A stretch of DNA of 64,000 nucleotides, taken from positions 152,700-216,699 of the IMG/VR virus record IMGVR_UViG_3300031857_000010. The stretch is one strand, 5' to 3'. Positions 7,864 to 19,232 of this stretch are shown one piece after another. Both the position numbers and the translations under genes were made by a program. Below the pieces are notes generated by a model, which was not told the origin of the DNA, ran no database searches, and was given only the letters and a program-made list of their open reading frames with translations. The first letter of the stretch is position 1. The number at the start of each line of letters is the position of its first letter.

Positions 7864-8004
7864 TTTTTAAAGCAAACATTATCATATTAGCTTTATATAA
7901 ACTGTCATAATCCGCAACATTGATCCATTTAAAAAATAGAAATCTTCTTTGCACGAAATACTTATTTTTTGATTTTTTGATTCTGTATTTTGTAAACATA
8001 TCTT

Positions 8005-8430
8005 TTAGTAATGTAGGTCAAGATATAGGTTTTTATCTCCTTCATAAACTACAGGACACCATATTGGATGATATTGTTCTTTTGAATTTTCCATTTCTTC
8101 CTCACTTATTTTATTTAAAAAAGGTTCATCTCCTTTTATTTTAGGATATTGTTCTTTGTTCAAATAATGACCATCTTCTATTTTATTATTATGGTTTAAA
8201 CAATAGTGATAATGCTCACCTTCTTTTTTAACAACACCCCATCCATTTTTTTCAAAATAAACATCTTCTATCCTTTGGGATAAGACCAAAGAATCATGAG
8301 TCAATTCACCGGAGGCAATTTTTGTTTGAATGTACTCTAGTAATTGACCAACAGTATAATAGCCATTAAAAGCGTATCTTTTTAAATCTTCCTGATTTAT
8401 TTCTTCCGGTTTATTTTTTAAGATATCCAT
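8005..8430 (-). CDS. hypothetical protein
   Basis: 141-aa ORF in operon. Confidence 0.65.
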   Translation of the reverse strand: MDILKNKPEEINQEDLKRYAFNGYYTVGQLLEYIQTKIASGELTHDSLVLSQRIEDVYFEKNGWGVVKKEGEHYHYCLNHNNKIEDGHYLNKEQYPKIKGDEPFLNKISEEEMENSKEQYHPIWCPVVYEGDKNLYLDLHY

Positions 8431-8431
8431 A

Positions 8432-8719
8432 TTATTTTTTATTATTATATCTTGATGAACCGAATAAAATACCTGAACCTAAAACAAATCCAAAGTCATA
8501 CCAGCCACCATTGTTATTTAATGCATACATTGCAATATCATCCCATATAAGACTCCCAATAAAGGACCAAGGAGAAATAAACCCATGCCATAAACCACCC
8601 CAAAAACCATATGGTTCATCTTTTATACATTCGTTTACGATTGTTACATCTGCACAAGACGATAATGCAAATATAATAATAAATAAAATAAATAATTTTA
8701 TGTTCATTGCTTTTTTCAT
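8432..8719 (-). CDS. membrane lipoprotein (GFW.GLWHG / NNGGWYDFGF type)
   Basis: Lipobox LSSC, Gly/Trp-rich hydrophobic motifs. Confidence 0.7.
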   Translation of the reverse strand: MKKAMNIKLFILFIIIFALSSCADVTIVNECIKDEPYGFWGGLWHGFISPWSFIGSLIWDDIAMYALNNNGGWYDFGFVLGSGILFGSSRYNNKK

Positions 8720-9825
8720 ATTTTATCTAAGAATTTTGTAAATTTTTCATAGGGTACAGATACACATATTCTAGAGTAAGAAGACCATATATCTTTATCG
8801 TGATAAACAAATTTATCTAAACCGACAGCACCAATTTTATTTTGAAATAGAAAATCTTCCGATTTGTTTATAACAGCAAATATTCCTAAAGGCTTTTCAA
8901 TCTCTCCATAAATTTCTTTAACCAACAAGCCTCTATCATATAAATAATTAATATTCATTTCTATGTGTTTTGTTGTTTCATTTCTGAAATCATCCAAAAC
9001 TTGTCTTCCTCCTTTAGTTTCTAATATTCTTTCAATAATCAATTGGGGTGGAGATGAAACAGCATTAAATTCATAAAGCAATCTAATGTTTAATTCAGCA
9101 TTAAAATCTTTATTGTTACAAAAAATGAAACCCATTCTAAGTCCGGATAATCCTATCCATTTTGAAAAAGATTCAGTTATAATTACATTATCTAAACTTG
9201 ACAATATATTAAACATTCTATCATCAGAAAAAAGTTTTCTATACGGACTATCAAATATAATTATCGCACCTGTTGAGTTTATTTTATAGATACTCTCATA
9301 AAGAAAATCATCTTCTAATTTTATTCCTGTAGGATTATTTGGATCGCAAATAAAAATACAGGACGATTCATTTAATTTTGAAATATCTAAATCATTTAAA
9401 GAGTCATAGAATGAAAATTTTTTATTTCTTATAGTGGCCATTTTTGAGTAAGAACCCCAATAGAATTTTGGAAAATAAATATTTTCTACATTTAAAATTT
9501 GAATTGCTAAGTCTATTGCTGGCATTCCACCGGGAGTAATAGCAATTTTATTTAAAATATCTTCTTCCCTGTATCTGGTAGGAAAATATTCTTTTGCTAT
9601 GGCCTGTCTAAAAGATTCAATTCCTAAATTAGGTGCATACACTTGAAATTCTTTTGAATTATAATTTATTGTAGGATATATACATGATAAATTAATTTCT
9701 GTTACTGCATTAACACCACGATTAAGCTCCAAATATTCTTTCCCTGAATCCTTAGATGCTTTTTTAACTTTTTGACCAATACCCACTATTGAAGAAAATG
9801 TAGCATTTGAGATGTTAATTTTCAT
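8716..9825 (-). CDS. PLP-dependent aminotransferase class I/II
   Basis: PNNPTG, D-S-P-Y, SFSK (PLP Lys) ..GLSGLRMG, C-terminal Arg (SRIC). Confidence 0.9.
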   Translation of the reverse strand: MKINISNATFSSIVGIGQKVKKASKDSGKEYLELNRGVNAVTEINLSCIYPTINYNSKEFQVYAPNLGIESFRQAIAKEYFPTRYREEDILNKIAITPGGMPAIDLAIQILNVENIYFPKFYWGSYSKMATIRNKKFSFYDSLNDLDISKLNESSCIFICDPNNPTGIKLEDDFLYESIYKINSTGAIIIFDSPYRKLFSDDRMFNILSSLDNVIITESFSKWIGLSGLRMGFIFCNNKDFNAELNIRLLYEFNAVSSPPQLIIERILETKGGRQVLDDFRNETTKHIEMNINYLYDRGLLVKEIYGEIEKPLGIFAVINKSEDFLFQNKIGAVGLDKFVYHDKDIWSSYSRICVSVPYEKFTKFLDKI

Positions 9826-9939
9826 AATTTTATGAAATCATATGTTAATGAAACAAAGATATAAAAATATTTTAAAATTTAAAAAATTAAATTTATAAAA
9901 AGTGTGCTATATTTATACAAAATTTAAAAATTTATAAAA

Positions 9940-10986
9940 ATGAAAAAAATTTTTTCTACTATCTTACTCGTCTTTATTATGAGTATTAATTTATTGGCTC
10001 AAAACCATAACAATGTAAAAATTTTACCAAAACAAGATACGGTTTGTTTTGGGACTACAGCAAGTCTTTGGACTGCCGGAAACAGTTTTATCCCCATCAG
10101 TTATTTTTGGAGTAATGGAGAAACTACACCTACTATTTCAATTAATTCTAGTGGTACATATACTTTAACGGTTACAGGTTATTTAGGTCAGTCAAATCAA
10201 CAAGTAATTATTAATAAATCAAAAAATTTTATAGTTCTAGATAAACCTAAAATAAACCCTTTGACACCTATTTGGGTTTGTAAATTTGATACTGTTAAAC
10301 TTGAAGCAGATGCAGGATATAATAATTACTTATGGATGAATGGAACAACAAATCAAATATTCAGTAGACAAATGACTGGATCTGGTGGTGGTCCTATATT
10401 AGATACAGTTTCAGTTTGGTATACTGCATCTATTAACAATCTTTGTCAAGTAAATTCTGATACTGTTGTCATAAGAGGAATTAGATTGCCAAATGGTGTT
10501 GGTGTAAATTATGAAGGAAGAACAAATTTAAATTTGAGTGATTCTGTTCCAGCTGGTTTGGTATTAACTTACATATATCCTCCCCAGTATGAAATGGAAT
10601 TTACAAAAGTAAATGATCCTAATTACGTTGTGACTTGGATTACCCCAACAACCTCGAGAAAGGCACCTTTAAATATTTTGGATCCGGGTAACAATTACTA
10701 TGTTAGAACTAGACCAATAATTAATGGTATAACATATTGCTGGGGTAGTAATTCTTTAATTGGTATTTTACCTAGTCCATCCAATAGAATTTCATTAGAT
10801 AATGTTGATAACGATAATTCAATAAAAAACTTTCAATTTTATGATTTAAGTGGAAGGCTGATTTTTGAAAAACAAGATTTTCAATTTAATGATCAATGGT
10901 TAAATGATTATCCTAATCAAACTTTTATTGTAATTGATAAAAACAATATTCAAGGAGGATATAAATTAAAAATGAATTTAAGATAA
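9940..10986 (+). CDS. secreted beta-rich protein with T9SS type-A CTD-like tail
   Basis: Signal peptide ending LAQ; SYFWSNGETTPTISI..SGTYTLTVT repeat typical of Bacteroidota surface proteins; FYDLSGRLI near C-terminus. Confidence 0.7.
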   Translation: MKKIFSTILLVFIMSINLLAQNHNNVKILPKQDTVCFGTTASLWTAGNSFIPISYFWSNGETTPTISINSSGTYTLTVTGYLGQSNQQVIINKSKNFIVLDKPKINPLTPIWVCKFDTVKLEADAGYNNYLWMNGTTNQIFSRQMTGSGGGPILDTVSVWYTASINNLCQVNSDTVVIRGIRLPNGVGVNYEGRTNLNLSDSVPAGLVLTYIYPPQYEMEFTKVNDPNYVVTWITPTTSRKAPLNILDPGNNYYVRTRPIINGITYCWGSNSLIGILPSPSNRISLDNVDNDNSIKNFQFYDLSGRLIFEKQDFQFNDQWLNDYPNQTFIVIDKNNIQGGYKLKMNLR

Positions 10987-11007
10987 AAAAAATTATTATT
11001 AATGTAG

Positions 11008-11032
11008 AAAGGCATCTTAATGATGCCTTTTT
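11008..11032. terminator. bidirectional intrinsic terminator
   Basis: AAAGGCATC-TTAAT-GATGCCTTTTT between convergent genes. Confidence 0.75.
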
Positions 11033-11669
11033 AATTTTTAATAAATTCTCCTTTTAATTCAGTTAATTCTCTTTCTATGTCTGGAAAATAACTTACATTT
11101 TCTAAATTAAATATTCTTTCGTTATAGAAAAATTTATCATGAATAATTTTAGTTTCAGGATCAGTCAAATAATTATAGTAAAGATCCCAAATTTCATTGT
11201 GTAATTGAGCTGATGTTTTTATTTTTAAATCATTTATCTCAATTAATAATTGATTTTTAGACATATACTCTTCAACTATTAAAATCCTTTTATCTTTCTT
11301 TACTTGAGTAACAAAGTCTAAAACATTTTTATCATATAGTTTACTGGGTGTTGAAAAACAATAAATTTTCTCCACATTAGCTGCATGTATATTAATATCT
11401 ATTTCACTTCTAAATTCAGTATTTGTTAGAAGATAATCATCGAAAATCACTATTTTGAAACTTCTACCCATTATTTTTGAGCTAAAATTTTCATAGTGAA
11501 AAATCCTATCCAAAAACTTATCAGGAATTACCTTTTTATCTAAAATATTTTTTATTTGTTTATTATCATAAACAATTAAGAGGCTATTATCTGGATCTTT
11601 CATAAACTCATAAATTGCCAAATGAGTTTTTCCAGATTGTCTATTGCTTATAAAAAAATATTTTTTCAT
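11031..11669 (-). CDS. P-loop NTPase-like protein
   Basis: NRQSGKT Walker A-like, VIFDD Walker B-like. Confidence 0.55.
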   Translation of the reverse strand: MKKYFFISNRQSGKTHLAIYEFMKDPDNSLLIVYDNKQIKNILDKKVIPDKFLDRIFHYENFSSKIMGRSFKIVIFDDYLLTNTEFRSEIDINIHAANVEKIYCFSTPSKLYDKNVLDFVTQVKKDKRILIVEEYMSKNQLLIEINDLKIKTSAQLHNEIWDLYYNYLTDPETKIIHDKFFYNERIFNLENVSYFPDIERELTELKGEFIKN

Positions 11670-11673
11670 TTTT

Positions 11674-12234
11674 TTAATTACGTGTCAAAAAATCAATTAT
11701 TTTATTCTTGATACTGCATTGTTTTATGCCTTCATTGTATTTTGAAGTCCAAACAAAATTTTCTAAACCCCAATCTCTTACTTCGATTATTTCAGATTTT
11801 TTATTAGATAAGAACTTTCTTAAATCCATATCATCAACTGCAACCCAATTCTTAATTATTGGATTAGAATTTAAATATTGAATTATTTCAAGACTTCTTG
11901 TTTGTTCGGACTCAAATTTTGATTGCCAATTAAAATTATCTGGTATTTCTAATCCGTCGATGGTTGTGTAATCAAAAGGTAATTTTAAAATGCCTCTTTT
12001 TAAGTACAATTCTTGCATGAGATCTATTTTGCAATGAAATCTCCAGTCTGAACTAATTACAATCTCACAATTTGTTTTCTCTATTATTTCATTTAAAATT
12101 TTAATTGATTTTTTATCGAATTTATCAAAATATTTATCAATTTCTAATGAACCTTCACTTCTTCTACCCCATTGATCGGGAAGACAAATTACTCCATCAT
12201 GATCTAAAAATAGTACATTTATCTTTTCACCCAT
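11674..12234 (-). CDS. HAD-superfamily phosphatase (Swiss Army Knife RNA-repair type)
   Basis: FLDHDGVI, IVISSDWR, WVAVDD motifs. Confidence 0.82.
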   Translation of the reverse strand: MGEKINVLFLDHDGVICLPDQWGRRSEGSLEIDKYFDKFDKKSIKILNEIIEKTNCEIVISSDWRFHCKIDLMQELYLKRGILKLPFDYTTIDGLEIPDNFNWQSKFESEQTRSLEIIQYLNSNPIIKNWVAVDDMDLRKFLSNKKSEIIEVRDWGLENFVWTSKYNEGIKQCSIKNKIIDFLTRN

Positions 12235-12638
12235 TTTAATTCTTTTTTTAGATCGTTGTAACAATCTTTTTTTCTTTCCTGTGCTATTCTTTCAGCTTCA
12301 GCCTCATATGGGTGGTCATAATAATTTCTATGTCTAGGTAATTTTATTTCTATCTCTTCATATTTTGAAAAATCTTGTTGAAAATGTATATATTCATGAA
12401 TTATAGTAACAACCAAATCAAGATGATTCTTGATCTTATTTGGATTTATAAAAATGCAATTTTTTTCTATATCAAAAACACCAACAAAATAATTTAAGTT
12501 GGATTGAAATCTTATTTGAAGACTCCTTATTGAAAAGTACTTTGACCTTCCTATGTTTTTTTTACACCAGCCAAGAATTGCGATTAAATCTTTTCTTGTT
12601 ATTTGCTTTCCATTTTCCAGACTATATTTTTTTGACAT
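12219..12638 (-). CDS. zincin-like HExxH metallopeptidase domain protein
   Basis: TIIHEYIHFQQ...PYEAEA. Confidence 0.7.
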   Translation of the reverse strand: MSKKYSLENGKQITRKDLIAILGWCKKNIGRSKYFSIRSLQIRFQSNLNYFVGVFDIEKNCIFINPNKIKNHLDLVVTIIHEYIHFQQDFSKYEEIEIKLPRHRNYYDHPYEAEAERIAQERKKDCYNDLKKELKWVKR

Positions 12639-12888
12639 TTTAATTAAAATTATTTACTGTTGTTTTCGAGTATAATACTCTCGATTATTTTTTTAATAAA
12701 TAATAATCCATTTTTTTCTTTCTCAACAATTTTACAAAATTCTAATAAATTAATCAAATTATTGTTATAATCTCTTTTTATTTCATTAATGATAGAACTC
12801 CTTAATTGTTCTTTGAGTGGAGTTGAATTGAGGCCAAATGTTTTAAAATTATCATCTAATAATTTTTCAATTTTAAATTCTAAATTTT

Positions 12889-13107
12889 TCATCTTAATTT
12901 ATTACAACGACAGTGTCCTGCGTGGGTTAAACTGATATTATTTTTACTTTTAAGTATTATATAAGTATGGTTTTTGTAAACCCATTCATAAGTAGATATC
13001 TTTTCATAATAGCCATCAATGTTTATTTCCTGATTTATACTTTTAACATTGGGCTCTTTACACCCGAAACAACTAAGGATAAAAATAAAAGATAATATTT
13101 TTTTCAT
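12889..13107 (-). CDS. small lipoprotein, paralog of 34895-35107
   Basis: Lipobox then C.EPNV; C-terminal LTH.G.C. Confidence 0.65.
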   Translation of the reverse strand: MKKILSFIFILSCFGCKEPNVKSINQEINIDGYYEKISTYEWVYKNHTYIILKSKNNISLTHAGHCRCNKLR

Positions 13108-13199
13108 TTTTTAAAAGTGAATTGAAGAAATATAAAAACCGGTTTTATAAAAAACCGGTTTGTGAATTTTGTTTTTTAAATTAATATTACAAAATAACG

Positions 13200-13400
13200 T
13201 TAACAAGTTCCATCACACTTTCCAGATTCTCTACAGTATTCAGAACAATGACCTGTTATATCACCTCTAGTGTTTATGTATTCAGAACATTTACAACAAA
13301 CATTATTGTAAATCCTGTTAAACTTTTTAGAAACTTTATCAGCAGGAAATTTTTGTTCGCAACACTCACATTTAACAGAGTTAATCTCTTTGTTTTCCAT
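13200..13400 (-). CDS. small Cys-rich protein
   Basis: Multiple CxxC/CC motifs. Confidence 0.55.
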   Translation of the reverse strand: MENKEINSVKCECCEQKFPADKVSKKFNRIYNNVCCKCSEYINTRGDITGHCSEYCRESGKCDGTC

Positions 13401-13798
13401 TTTTAGATTTAATTAATTTTATTAGTTCTGATTTTAGTTTTTTTTATAATGATAATATGTTTACAAAACGAAAATATTGAAAAAAAATAGTTATTGATAT
13501 CAAACCAAGATCAAATTTATTAACAATCAAATGTTAATTAATTTAAGAAGACTAAAGATTTTGTTTTGATCTTTGAGCATTCTCAATAATTTCTTGTTTT
13601 TTATCTTCCATCTCTTGTTTGATTTTATCAACTTCAGGAAATAAACTTTCTTCAATTTTGAAAGCTAAGTTAGCTAATTCGTCTAATTGCTCATCAGTTA
13701 AGTTATCAACATTATCCTCTAAAAATTTTATTCTATCATCTATCCTTTTTTGTAATTCGATAGCATTTTTTAATTTTTCTTCAAGATTATCCATAATG

Positions 13799-14347
13799 TT
13801 ATTTTTTTATATTAAAGTGAAATTTAAAATTATTTTTATTATTTAGAAATTTAAAGAGTTTTTCATAACCATAAAACAACATGTAAACTTTAAATTGATT
13901 AATTAATTTGCTAGGCTTACTTTTTTTATTTCCACCTAATATATTAAACCAATAATTTAGAAACATTCTAAGATTTCTTTTTGAAATCATCCCGGATTCA
14001 GCCAAGATGATAAATTCAGTTAACTTATCAAAATATTCATCAAATGAATTTCTTAAGAAAATTTCAGTTTTATCAAATTTGTGCTTTATATCATGTGTTT
14101 GTAATGCTTCAAATAAAATATCATCATCTATTAAATAATTTTCTTGACCGTCATTTATTTTTATTTTATTCCAATCAAGAACTAATTGAATGTTCTTGGT
14201 ATTTGTATCATTAAAAAAAACCTCAAGTCTGTCAATCAAAAATTTATTTTTTTCCCAATTTAATTTATTTGAGTATTCATAAACCCATTTAATGCTAGTG
14301 ATGATAGCTGTTATGTATAAAAAATTATCTTTAATAAATTCTATCAT
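13799..14347 (-). CDS. hypothetical protein with N-terminal hydrophobic segment
   Basis: 182-aa ORF. Confidence 0.65.
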   Translation of the reverse strand: MIEFIKDNFLYITAIITSIKWVYEYSNKLNWEKNKFLIDRLEVFFNDTNTKNIQLVLDWNKIKINDGQENYLIDDDILFEALQTHDIKHKFDKTEIFLRNSFDEYFDKLTEFIILAESGMISKRNLRMFLNYWFNILGGNKKSKPSKLINQFKVYMLFYGYEKLFKFLNNKNNFKFHFNIKK

Positions 14348-14559
14348 TTAAATGGTGATTTGGATTTTGTTTCTTCACCTCTTTGTCTTTTTTTTCTTGC
14401 AGCACAATGTGCTTTCTGGGAAAAACCTTTTGGATTTGAACAATTTATTGTTTTCTTATAATTTTTAGACCATTTTTCATCTAAAATATCTTCTTCATTT
14501 TTAAAAACAATAGATATTTGATCTCTCACTATTTGCAATAAATCTAAATTATTTTCCAT
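14344..14559 (-). CDS. phage hypothetical protein (EKWS..YK..I.C.NPKGFSQKAHC motif)
   Basis: Motif recalled from large myovirus genomes; TATTTAT upstream. Confidence 0.65.
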   Translation of the reverse strand: MENNLDLLQIVRDQISIVFKNEEDILDEKWSKNYKKTINCSNPKGFSQKAHCAARKKRQRGEETKSKSPFK

Positions 14560-14584
14560 GATAATAAATATATCTATAAAAACA

Positions 14585-15292
14585 TTAATTTTCTAAAGCT
14601 TTTATCAAATTTTCAGTGTTGTCGACATTTATTATTTCATCAAAACCTTCATCAGATGTTACTTCACGATAAGAAGCAAACATTTTATCAAATACTTCTG
14701 GACCTATTGTTTTTGATTTTCCCTCTGATTTAGCAATTTCAGCTCTCTTAGCAGCAACTCTTTTAATTAATTCTTCTATACCTTCAAAATTAAAAACAAC
14801 TGCTATTTTTTTATATTCGCTCTCTCTTCCAGAAATTGCATCAAGAGCTCTCTTTCTAGAATTTGCATTCATGTTAGTCATGTCAACTACAATATTATCT
14901 TGACCCTTTGCTTTTTGAACCCTACTACTAAATATATTTTGAACTTTATTATTAGCTTCTAGAACTTTTGAATATGAAAGTGGTTGCCACGTCATAAATG
15001 ACGGTGATTTTACTACTTCGCCATATTTTGAATTAAAATCACCTAGTGAAGAACCTACGGGCGGTGACATAAACATATCGTCATAAGTCCAACCATATTG
15101 AGATGCAACACTTTCAGCGATGTCATCTCTATTTATGATAAAAGGACTAACATCACTAAAAAAATTATTAATCCAAGTGGATTTACCGACAGAAGGGGGA
15201 CCTATAAGTACAAATATTTTTTTTGTTTTAATGGTTTCATCGTCGTTTGACAAACCAGCAAGTTCTTTCATTCTTTTTAATTCTTCTTTCAT
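14585..15292 (-). CDS. P-loop kinase (AAA_33 / polynucleotide-kinase-like)
   Basis: GPPSVGKSTW, INRDD, VVDMTN...R motifs. Confidence 0.8.
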   Translation of the reverse strand: MKEELKRMKELAGLSNDDETIKTKKIFVLIGPPSVGKSTWINNFFSDVSPFIINRDDIAESVASQYGWTYDDMFMSPPVGSSLGDFNSKYGEVVKSPSFMTWQPLSYSKVLEANNKVQNIFSSRVQKAKGQDNIVVDMTNMNANSRKRALDAISGRESEYKKIAVVFNFEGIEELIKRVAAKRAEIAKSEGKSKTIGPEVFDKMFASYREVTSDEGFDEIINVDNTENLIKALEN

Positions 15293-15611
15293 AATTATAT
15301 TTTATAATAAATAGTTTCATTTACTTTCAGGCTTCCAATTTAAAGACCATTTTGCTGAAGTGCTAAAAACATAATCATATTTTTCTTTTTCCAGATCTTT
15401 TATAATTGATTCTGCCCTTCCAAGAATCTGTTGAAGAGTGTCTATTACGACTAGCATTTCTGTTCTCTCTGTACTGAGATTTTTAATTTCTTTTCTTAAT
15501 TCTTTTTCTTCCATTTTATAATTTTTTATAAAATTAACTAAAATTAACTTAATTTATAGTTTTTTTAAAAAAGATTCATTAAATTTGGATTTAATATGAA
15601 TAATTATATGT

Positions 15612-16007
15612 ATGGTCAACTATAACTCTATAGATTATTATGAAAATTTTGATAAAAATATCAGAGTTTCTGACTGTGAATCAATATTATTAAAAAGATT
15701 ACCTGACAACACGGTTATGATTTCCTATTTAGACGCACTTGTAGGATCAACCACCAAACTAGCATTCTACAATTCTGGAAGATGGTCTGGGTATAATTCT
15801 GTAAACTTCAATAAGTTATTTGTGCTATTCAGAAGACACAAAAACCTGAAACCTAATTTAATTAGATTTCTTACACCAAACGATCATTTGCCCGAAATAA
15901 AAAGATTCGAGAGAGTGATAGTTTGTTTCAGAAAAAGATTCCATATTACAATTAGAAAAACAAAGAAAAATTTAGATAATCTAGATATCCTTAATAAGTT
16001 TACCTAG
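15612..16007 (+). CDS. hypothetical protein
   Basis: Isolated plus-strand 131-aa ORF filling an intergenic gap. Confidence 0.6.
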   Translation: MVNYNSIDYYENFDKNIRVSDCESILLKRLPDNTVMISYLDALVGSTTKLAFYNSGRWSGYNSVNFNKLFVLFRRHKNLKPNLIRFLTPNDHLPEIKRFERVIVCFRKRFHITIRKTKKNLDNLDILNKFT

Positions 16008-16028
16008 CTGCTTTTTTATAGATGTGTA

Positions 16029-16595
16029 TTAAAAAGGATAAATCATTACTTTTCCACTCTTTAATATAACTTTTGTTTTTCCTTCACCCCATGCTACATT
16101 TTGATATTCTTCAGGATTTGTGAACTCATCTTTACACAGAACATAACAGTCACCTTTACTAGATAATATTTTGTTTAAGAAAAAATGTCTATCATCATCA
16201 AAAATATCAAAACACTTTTTTTGCTCAACTTTATAATTCAAATGAGAATCTTTTTCTGTTAGTGCTATTTGATCCGGTGTGGCTACTATCATTTTTACAT
16301 TTTCAATTTCATGGCCAAGTAAATCATCAAAATTTGCAGCAACAGGCTCACTACCGTTGTTGAAATCGAACAGAAATAAACTGTCTACTTCAGATTCAAA
16401 ATTATCATACTCATCAACTAGGTACGGTAAAACAGGTTGGTGTTGATTGGATTTATTTGAAAGGTCTAAAGCTTCTGTCAACCTATAATAGTCAGTTGGA
16501 TTTTCCCCATCTCTATTAGGATAACAAATCATTCCCGGTAATAATTTCTCAGGATGGTCTTTTACAAAAACCAATTTAACTTTTTTTAAAATCAT
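16029..16595 (-). CDS. hypothetical protein
   Basis: 188-aa ORF. Confidence 0.65.
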   Translation of the reverse strand: MILKKVKLVFVKDHPEKLLPGMICYPNRDGENPTDYYRLTEALDLSNKSNQHQPVLPYLVDEYDNFESEVDSLFLFDFNNGSEPVAANFDDLLGHEIENVKMIVATPDQIALTEKDSHLNYKVEQKKCFDIFDDDRHFFLNKILSSKGDCYVLCKDEFTNPEEYQNVAWGEGKTKVILKSGKVMIYPF

Positions 16596-18043
16596 AATTA
16601 CATTTCTTTCATAAATTCTTCGTTGAAATAATCATCAAAATTGTTATAAGTCAATGTTTCGTTATTGAAAATATCGTCCCATACTTTACTAGCTGTTAAG
16701 TATCTTTCCTGACCAATCAAAAAATCAAACATTAAATCAATTGTTCCAACTTCATTAAGCAATACTTCTGTAGTATCGCCATCTAAATTGAGATATTTTA
16801 ATTTCTCAACTATCTCTTCAAATATTTTTGCTTTTTCTTCACAGTCTAATTGCGGTGATAAGTTAAGGTATTTGCTCATAATATATTTATATTTTATATT
16901 CTCTAATTTTTTTGCCACAATCATTGCATTTATCGCTGTAAAAATCATAATGAGAGTCATTTCCAGTTAAAATGTCTTCAGTTATTGATGTGTGTTCGCA
17001 ATGAACGTATTTTTCTAATTCATAAATTTCTTGAACCAGAACATCTTTGATTAGTCTAGCTTTACTAGACAACTGATAGAGATCAAAATCATCAATGTGG
17101 AATTCCTGATCACATATATCCATTATTTGATCCAGTTTATTAATTTTGACCTTATACTGTAATTTTTTAATAGATAATAATTCTAAATCTTCCTTTGCCA
17201 TATTTATAAAGTATAATATTTAATTGAAGGATATTCCTTTATCATAACAGCATCTAAACTTAGTCCATAATGTTGTTTTACAACATCCTCCAATAATATT
17301 TTTTTGTCCTTATTAAAATAATTGTTTTTTTGAATTTGACCTTGAATCTCAAATGTCATTTGAATGTATTCCCATCCAAACATGGTTTTTGTCTGAATAT
17401 AGAAACCACCAGATCTTTCAATAAATCTAATTTTGATTAACTTACTCATTTTTACTTATTGAAATTATTGAAGTCATGTTGGCAGGGAATCCACAAATCA
17501 ATTCACCTTCTGAGTCATAAAAGAATAGATAGTTGCTGGTTAAATTAAAACTAGCTGCAACTATTGATGTGTTTATATTCCCGTTCGATGAGAATATTGT
17601 GAGACTGTATTTTTTCATATTTTTTATATCCAATCTGGAGGATCTGAGTCAAAGTATGCGTATAAGTATAAAATTATTATTAATAGAATAGTTATTCCCA
17701 ATGTAATCCAAGAACCAAAAGATAATAACAAGCAGATTACTACCCAAAACCAAGAATTACTATATACTTTATTTCTTATATAGATCAATAGAATAGAACT
17801 TAAAACAACACCAATAAAATAAATTATAATTTTAGAGATCATAATTAATTAATAAACTATCTAAAGAATCATTTTCATGTTTTATTTCCTCCTCCAATAT
17901 TTTAATTTTTTTATCTATTGAATCTAATATTTTTTTCTCATCTTCTAATTGCTTATACTCTTCATTTAGACAAGAACAAAATATCAATAAAAATAAAAAA
18001 AAATAATTCTTTTTCACAAAAACAAATATAATAAAAATTTTAA

Positions 18044-18412
18044 TTATTGTGTAAAAGAAATAAAAATAATTGAAACTGATAGACTTATTGATAAAATGAC
18101 ATTTTTTAACTTTAATTTTTTAGTTTCCTTTTTTCTTTTGTCCTCTATGTAATTAAATTTATCCAACATAGAATAAACTATACTATCTCGTAATATTTGA
18201 CTGTTTTTTCTATACATTTTCAGCTCTACATTCTTGAGACTGTCAATCTTGAATTGACTAACTATAAACCTGTCTTTCATTTCATTAAGGGATTTATAGA
18301 AGTTCAAATCCCTTTCATAAGATTTATCTAAAGATATAGAATCATTATCCAGAGAATACACCATTAATGGCAATGTATTAATTACGATGAATAAAAACAT
18401 AATTTTTCTCAT
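18044..18412 (-). CDS. exported coiled-coil protein with C-terminal TM
   Basis: Signal peptide, coiled coil, C-terminal hydrophobic helix; same architecture as 61414-61803. Confidence 0.55.
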   Translation of the reverse strand: MRKIMFLFIVINTLPLMVYSLDNDSISLDKSYERDLNFYKSLNEMKDRFIVSQFKIDSLKNVELKMYRKNSQILRDSIVYSMLDKFNYIEDKRKKETKKLKLKNVILSISLSVSIIFISFTQ

Positions 18413-18494
18413 GCTATAAATTTAAAATAAAAATCAATAAAAAACAAAAACCACCCCCTGAATACAGAAGGTGGTCTTTTACATGAGATATTAT

Positions 18495-19232
18495 TTATAA
18501 GCTTAAATCTCTGTTATTTTTATAGATGAATTTGAATATCTTTTTCAGATCTCTGGAAAAGGTTGTTTTGTTCACTTTGGAATCATGGTCGATATCACAC
18601 GAATCCATTATATGATAAATAAAATTTGATATGTGTTCATAAAAAATGTCAAAATCCATCTCTGAATCTGGATCAATTATTTCCTGAAGATACATAGACC
18701 CTCCAATGAAACTCAATGCGTCTATGTTGGACATTATCCAGTCCTTGTAAACCGCTAATTTTTTTCCTTGGTGAATTGCAGGATTGTACTTGTAAAAATT
18801 TGAGAACTCTTTACTGAACACATCAATGTCAAGGGAATGAAAATGCATCCCTGACAATCCGTCCAAACTACAAGCTAACTCATCCCTAAGTGATAGGACG
18901 GCATCCATCTCGTTATATATGCCGTCACAAGCAATGAAGTTAAAAATGTCTTCTGGATCAGGTGAAAATTTTATACTATCTGAAGCACAATCCATAAATT
19001 CATTGAATTCGCTCATAATAATTTCTGTAATTTCACCCATTGGTATTTTTTCGCTAATGGGCTTACCTTCGTATTTTACTCTCAAATAAAATGCATTTGC
19101 ATAAATAAATCTTGTTACCTCATCATCCGTAGAGAAAGCCTCCACGAAATCTTTAATAAATTTTTTGTTTTTGTAGAATTTGTAAAGTCTTCTACTGCTC
19201 CAAGCCGTCGATGTTTCTACTATAATTTCCAT
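18495..19232 (-). CDS. hypothetical protein, paralog of 43380-44186
   Basis: Shared KYNP.IH.G.K...YK..I motif; start moved to MEIIVE because an ECF-type promoter lies at 19263-19289. Confidence 0.7.
   Translation of the reverse strand: MEIIVETSTAWSSRRLYKFYKNKKFIKDFVEAFSTDDEVTRFIYANAFYLRVKYEGKPISEKIPMGEITEIIMSEFNEFMDCASDSIKFSPDPEDIFNFIACDGIYNEMDAVLSLRDELACSLDGLSGMHFHSLDIDVFSKEFSNFYKYNPAIHQGKKLAVYKDWIMSNIDALSFIGGSMYLQEIIDPDSEMDFDIFYEHISNFIYHIMDSCDIDHDSKVNKTTFSRDLKKIFKFIYKNNRDLSL

Noticed and set aside
11031-11669. Terminase large subunit call from RQSGKT
   Set aside because: Only 212 aa with no nuclease domain or packaging context; kept as generic P-loop-like.
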